Positions 57,001-63,000 of a stretch of DNA of 64,000 nucleotides are shown here, piece after piece. Both the position numbers and the translations under genes were made by a program. The notes beneath the pieces were generated by a model. It had not been told where the DNA came from. It did not search any database and saw only the letters and a list, made by a program, of their open reading frames with translations. Position 1 is the stretch's first letter, and the number at the start of each line of letters is the position of its first letter. Source of the DNA: Candidatus Omnitrophota bacterium (lineage in GTDB: Bacteria > Omnitrophota > Gorgyraeia > Duberdicusellales > 4484-171); NCBI GenBank assembly GCA_024231025.1, contig JAAEQW010000139.1:7851-71850 (forward strand), read 5' to 3'.

Positions 57001-60000
57001 CTCAGCCGGTAAAATATCAGCAGATTCAGTGTAACGGTCCACTAATCCTTTTATCTGGGCCATCATTCCAGAATAACTCTCCTTTAATCGACTCGGCTCA
57101 ATCGAGAATGTTTTTGCTTGCTGGCGAAAATGCGCAATCGCCTGCAACGTTGCGGTTGTAGCCGGCAGCATCTCCTCAGATGTTAATCGCGCCGCGCCTT
57201 TCTCGAACTCTTCGATTGATTTATGCCACTCGCTTCTCCAAAAACGAATAATTTGTATTTCCTCATAGGCACGGAAGGTATTTCTTAATTCGACTAGCCT
57301 TTCGGAAATTTCAATCTCCCCTTCCAGCAATAAATTAGCTAATTTCGCAATAAGCCTTACATAATCAGAAAGATGCTGGCGAGTAACTATGTTCGGACGA
57401 AGATAATCATTTATAAGAAGGCTGGTAATTGTTCCTTCTTTTGCTTCGCCATTGCCTATCATTTCAGCATAATTAAAACTCCCCTCGTTTTTAATATCAG
57501 TTAAAAAGCGTACGATTTCACCAATCAATTCCTGTGAAGCCGGTATATTAATAAGATTAGCAATCTGCTTTGATACAATCTGTATTAATTCCAAGTATTC
57601 ACCATATGCCTGATCACTGCTATCAATACTAGACATGGCTCTCAAACGCTTCTCCTCACTATCGAAAGTAACTGCCGCTAAACTATGCTCGGAAACCGGC
57701 TGATAAGCCAGCACCGGTTCTAAATCCTGCCAATCTTCAGGAATTTGAGCCCAAGAACAACCTTCAACAAAAGCATCAGCTGGAAAACGGCTGCCGTCAT
57801 AAAAAAGCGCAAAAACTAACGGTAAAGATGCACCAAAGGCTTGAGCAACAACTTTTGCCGGAACAAAAACGCTTCCGGTTCTTACCCAATCTTCCACAAA
57901 CATAATTCCGTTATCTCGTATATACTGTCCAGTTTGCGTATAAGCTAACAACTTCTGCAACAAAAACAATGTTGAATATTCAATTGGATTCCGAGCAAAA
58001 TAACTATTACCTTCTTTATTTATAAGCGAACTAAAACGTTTAATTTTCTTAAAAATTTTGCTAAACTCTAGGCTACCTTCATTAAGCTGATCGGAAAGTT
58101 GTTGAATTTGACAAACTGACAAATTCAATTCTGGATAATTAGCTGCTAAATTGCCTGCTCTTTTTAACCATTTTGATAAGGCATTCAATGTATCTTGCTG
58201 ATCCACATCGCTCCGTGTCATTCTATCAATTGCCTCAATACTTCCTTGATCCACACTTCTGTGTGACGGTTCAGTTAATTCTGTAACTTCAATAAAGCGT
58301 TGATCAATCTGACCACAATCAACTAACCGACCAACAACCTCAGCAAAACTAAGACCGATTAAATCTTCTGCGCATAGCCCTAATTCTGCTAATTTTTGCA
58401 TGCTTACTGCAGATACAATATCCCTTGCCACCTGCGCGGTAACTTTACTTTCTCTCTCCTCTTGTGTAAGAATTCCATTGATAGCCCAAGAAATCGGCAT
58501 AAATCTACCAACCTTAATATGGGCAATATCTTTTTCTTTAGGCAAAGTTACATTTAATTTCGTTTCGACTAATTGCCCAAGTCTACTGTCACGCAAAACA
58601 TTCAACGATTGTATTATTTTGCTATTTCTAGCAATAACAGCCACCTTATGATTTCTGTATGCTCTTAACAACGGCACTAGATAAACCGGAAATTCTTGAG
58701 GAGTGATACACAATGTTTTCAAGCTATCCTTTACGATTCGAGCAAAATTCCGATAAGGAAAATTTATCTTATCCTGGATCAAATAATCCAAATAACGCAC
58801 AAGTCTCTCTTGATTCGGAAAAGTAGATGTTACTGACTGACGAAATTCCGCCAATTCTTCTTCGTTCAATCCGAAAACTACTTTTGATCGACTAAAGCAA
58901 CTTTCGATTCGTGCCAAACTAACTTCAAACACTCTACCAACCGCGGCTTCACAATCTTTAACCTTCACTAGCTGATCTTCTTCGTTAAACCTTAATGCAC
59001 TCCCTTTTCGATCGATAAAGGTAGTCATCCTCAACAATGCAGCAGTTTTTACTGGGCCACTTCCTTCAACAGAATAGGAGCCGCGAGCTGAAAGTAACGG
59101 TCTATCATTTTCGTCCGGTGCATCAGCAGCGATAAAAATATCCTCGTCCTGGATACCGCATTGATGATCATCACCTAATATTTTTTTGAAATTCCCTAAA
59201 CCTTGAGATTTGTCATAGCAAGCTATTTCAATATAGGTTATTCCTTTAACTGACGAACCAAGTGAATTTACTTTAAGATGTCGAAATCCTGCCTCTTTTA
59301 ACTCGCGCATAAAAAACTCTTTCAAGGCTGATAAATATAACTTTTCACTCTTTTGCGAATATTTTGACAAATACCTGTATTTTAATAAATACTTATACCT
59401 AGTCGCATATGACACTCCCAAATCGAATCGCTCACTGAGTTCTTCAATAAAATGACTTTCCTCTTCAGTCAATAAAGGTCTAGGATAAAGGCGATCCCCC
59501 TTCCACCATTGGTTAGCGCCAATTACACAAGCATCATTAGCGCCTCGACCATAAAAAAACAAGCTCGCTGGTATCCCCGTAGAAATAGCTTGACTCTCTT
59601 TCTCCATAAGTTCCTTGATTATTGCTAGCTCTTCCTTTGTGCGGCAATCATCAATGCTGCGTGCCGTATTAAAAGCCACGGGAATAGCCCTTTTTTGCAA
59701 CTCAAACAAAATAGTCTTTAGTTTGCCACTGGGCACTGATGTTCCATCAAGATCAAGCATCACGCCCCGTTTAGGATGCTTCAACTTTTCAGATAGTTCA
59801 TCTTCAACCAGTTCATCCTTTTTGTTAAATCTGACAGCTTTGCCTTCAGGAGTAACAAATATACTCCGCCGCAATAACATCGCGGTTTTTATCGAACCAA
59901 TCCCTTTAACGGAATAGGAGCCACGAGCTGAAAGTAACGCTCGATCATTCCTTCGCGAATCATTCCCTGCAATAAAAATGTCCCTTTCATAAATCCCCAA

Positions 60001-63000
60001 TCTATTCTTTATATCATCTAACACTTTACTCGCATCATAACAAGCAATCTCAAGATAATCTGAGCCATTGTATACATCACGAAAAACATTTACTTTTAAA
60101 TCACTAAATCCTACTTTTTCTAATTCGCCACTAATAGTTTTTCTTAATTCAAATAAATCAGCTTCATCAATCGCCTCGCGTGGCCGCAACATATACTTAT
60201 ATTTCGTATGATGCCTCTTCTTAAAATTAAACCTCTCTACAAGATCTTGAATAAAATCATCTTGTATTTTTGAAAATTTTGGTTTGGAATAAAGCTTCCC
60301 ACGACAAGCATCCGAAGCCTTATTCCCTCCACGACAATAAAATAATACGGCAGGATTCTCCCCCTGAGAAACTCTCTCTTTTTCCCTATCTCTTAAATGG
60401 CTCATCATTGAACATCTTGGATCATTCTTAAACTCAGAAAGCCCACGCACCGTAGAAAAAGCCAAAGGAACGCCTCTCTCATGCAAAGCTAATACGAGGT
60501 CTCTCACCGTTGAAGATGATGTGCTTACTCCGTCAACACCAAGCAGAACCGCCTGTTTAGGCTGATTTAATTTTTCATCTATCTCTTCTATCTGCTCCCA
60601 TTCTCTACCAATTTGACAAAACAATCCCTCTTGCAAGCAATTTGAGCCGTAAATATCAAATGTAAGAGCAAGCTTGCCTGCAAACTCACTCAAATCCTTA
60701 AACGTACTCAAGCCAAACTCATCAATTAGCAAGCTCTTTAGACGCGTGTATGTTGCAACATCTAATAATTTTAAAACATCATCTTCTGCACCAAAGATAA
60801 TTTCCCATGGAATAACTTGGCTGTTTTCTGCATTACCATTACTTTTTTGAGAAATACGTTGAATAGCTTCATCCTTTGTGGTAGCAACCTCTATTAATTG
60901 ATCATCTCGATTAAATCTTAAAACTTTACCCGCAGGATCAATAAAAGTAGTTTTACGTAATAAAATTGCCGTCTTGGCTGGACCAACGTCTTCAACAGAA
61001 TAGCCACCACGAATTGAAATTATTGGACCATCACTTCCTTGGGGATCATCGCCAGCAGTAAAAACATCTTCGTCATTAATGCTGCGGCCGTGATGAGCGC
61101 TCAATCTTTGCTTAAAATCAACTAAACCTCTACCTTTGTCAAAACAAAGTATATCGAGAAGCTTGCTTGTTGAATCAACCATAGCATCCAGGGTCACTTT
61201 TAACCTACCGCACCCTGCCTGGATCAATCTGCCCTTAACTCGATCCATTAACTCATTTAGGCGCTCTCTGTCTTCTTCTTTACCCGATGCTGGAACTCCA
61301 GCCATCCATCTGCAATCAGTAATAAAGATCTGCGCAAGGCCAAGCTCCCTGGCAAATCCTTTTAAAAACAACGCTTCATCATCGGTGAATACATCTGAAT
61401 CATAAAGACGTCTGTGTGCAGCATCATGTGCCCGATTAGAACAACTAGTGTAGAAATATACCCTTGGTGTTTCTCCTTCAGCAAGCCTAATTTTTTCCTC
61501 ATTGAGTAATCTTTTAGTCATCGCAATATTAAACCCGCCTTGCCCCCTACAATCATCAAAACTGCGACCAGTATTGAAAGATACCGGTATATTATGGGTA
61601 ATTATTTGCCGTAAGAGAGATTCTATTTCCGGTGACGGTATCGACGTTGCATCGAGATCAAGCATCACGCCCCGTTTAGGATATTGTAAATTTTTATGCA
61701 ATTGAGTAATATTGTTTATTTCAGTAAGAAACTGAGTAAATATCTTCCGTAAAAGCGTAATGCCATAAACCTTAGCCATTCGTAAGAAGTTCCTTCGAAA
61801 CTTGCCCCAATCATGCCCATAGATTATTTCCATGATTTGGTTCTCGTGATGCGTTGCGCAATTTAACTCATGCACGAATACTGCGGGAAGATTATATTCA
61901 GGATTATTGAAGATTTGTTGTTCGATGTATAGGGCATTATCGGATTGGTCATAATAGGCAGCAAAAGTAATTTGTTTACTTGTAATGATTGTTACATTAG
62001 GCGGGCCGCGCGTTGGGTTAACTCTACCTTCTCTTTCCAAGAAGCTTATTGCTTCTTCTCGTGCTGGATTAATTAACTTATTTTCTTCTGCAGTTGGTGT
62101 GCGAAATTCTACACCTTCGATGCGGTATCTACCCAACTGCTCTTGGGTTTGAGCCAAGGCATAGCCATTGTAGCCTGCATCAACTTGGGTAGAGCGTGTT
62201 GGCAATGTATCTGAAGCTCTTACTATCTTGGCCTCAAATGTTGCTTTCTCAAAGGCAAGCTGGGCGAGTTGATGGTCAGTTAATTTGGAACTGGTGCCAA
62301 CAGCAAATTTTAAATGACGTTTTTCTGGACAATATCCCGGTAAAATATGAAACGTATCGCGAAATCCGCTGACTAAATCATCTATCTTAGCAATCATTTG
62401 CTGATATGGTTCAGTTAAATCAGCTGACTCTCCAGGTAAAACGCTTGCTTGCTGGCGAAAATGCGCAATCGCCTGCAATGTTGCGGTTGTAATCGGCAAC
62501 ATCTCCTCAGATGTCAATCGCGCCGCGCCTTTTTTGAACTCTCCGATTGATTTATGCCACTCGCTTCTCCAAAAACGAATAATTTGTATTTCTTCGTAAA
62601 CACGAAACAAATCTCTTAGCTCAATCAATCTCTTAGGAATACTAACCTCATTTTCAAGAGTTAGATTAATAATCTTAAAAACAAGTTCCATGTATCTATT
62701 AAAATATTTAGGGGCGGTTAAATTAGGGCGAAGATACTCATCAATGAAACGATTGGTGACAAATCCTCTTGGTGTCCCATGACTACCAATTATCATTCCA
62801 TGATATTTAAAACTTTCTTTCTTTTTTCGATCAATTGCGAAACGAAGGACCTCTCCAACAAATTGTGGTGAAACATATGTCATATTAATAAATCTTCTCA
62901 ACTCCTCAACTTTAGTCTCCATGAGATCTAAATATTCCAAGTAATCAGAATGGGTATTATCTGCTGTCATTTTTCCTTCTAGGCGCTTTTCTTCTGTGTC

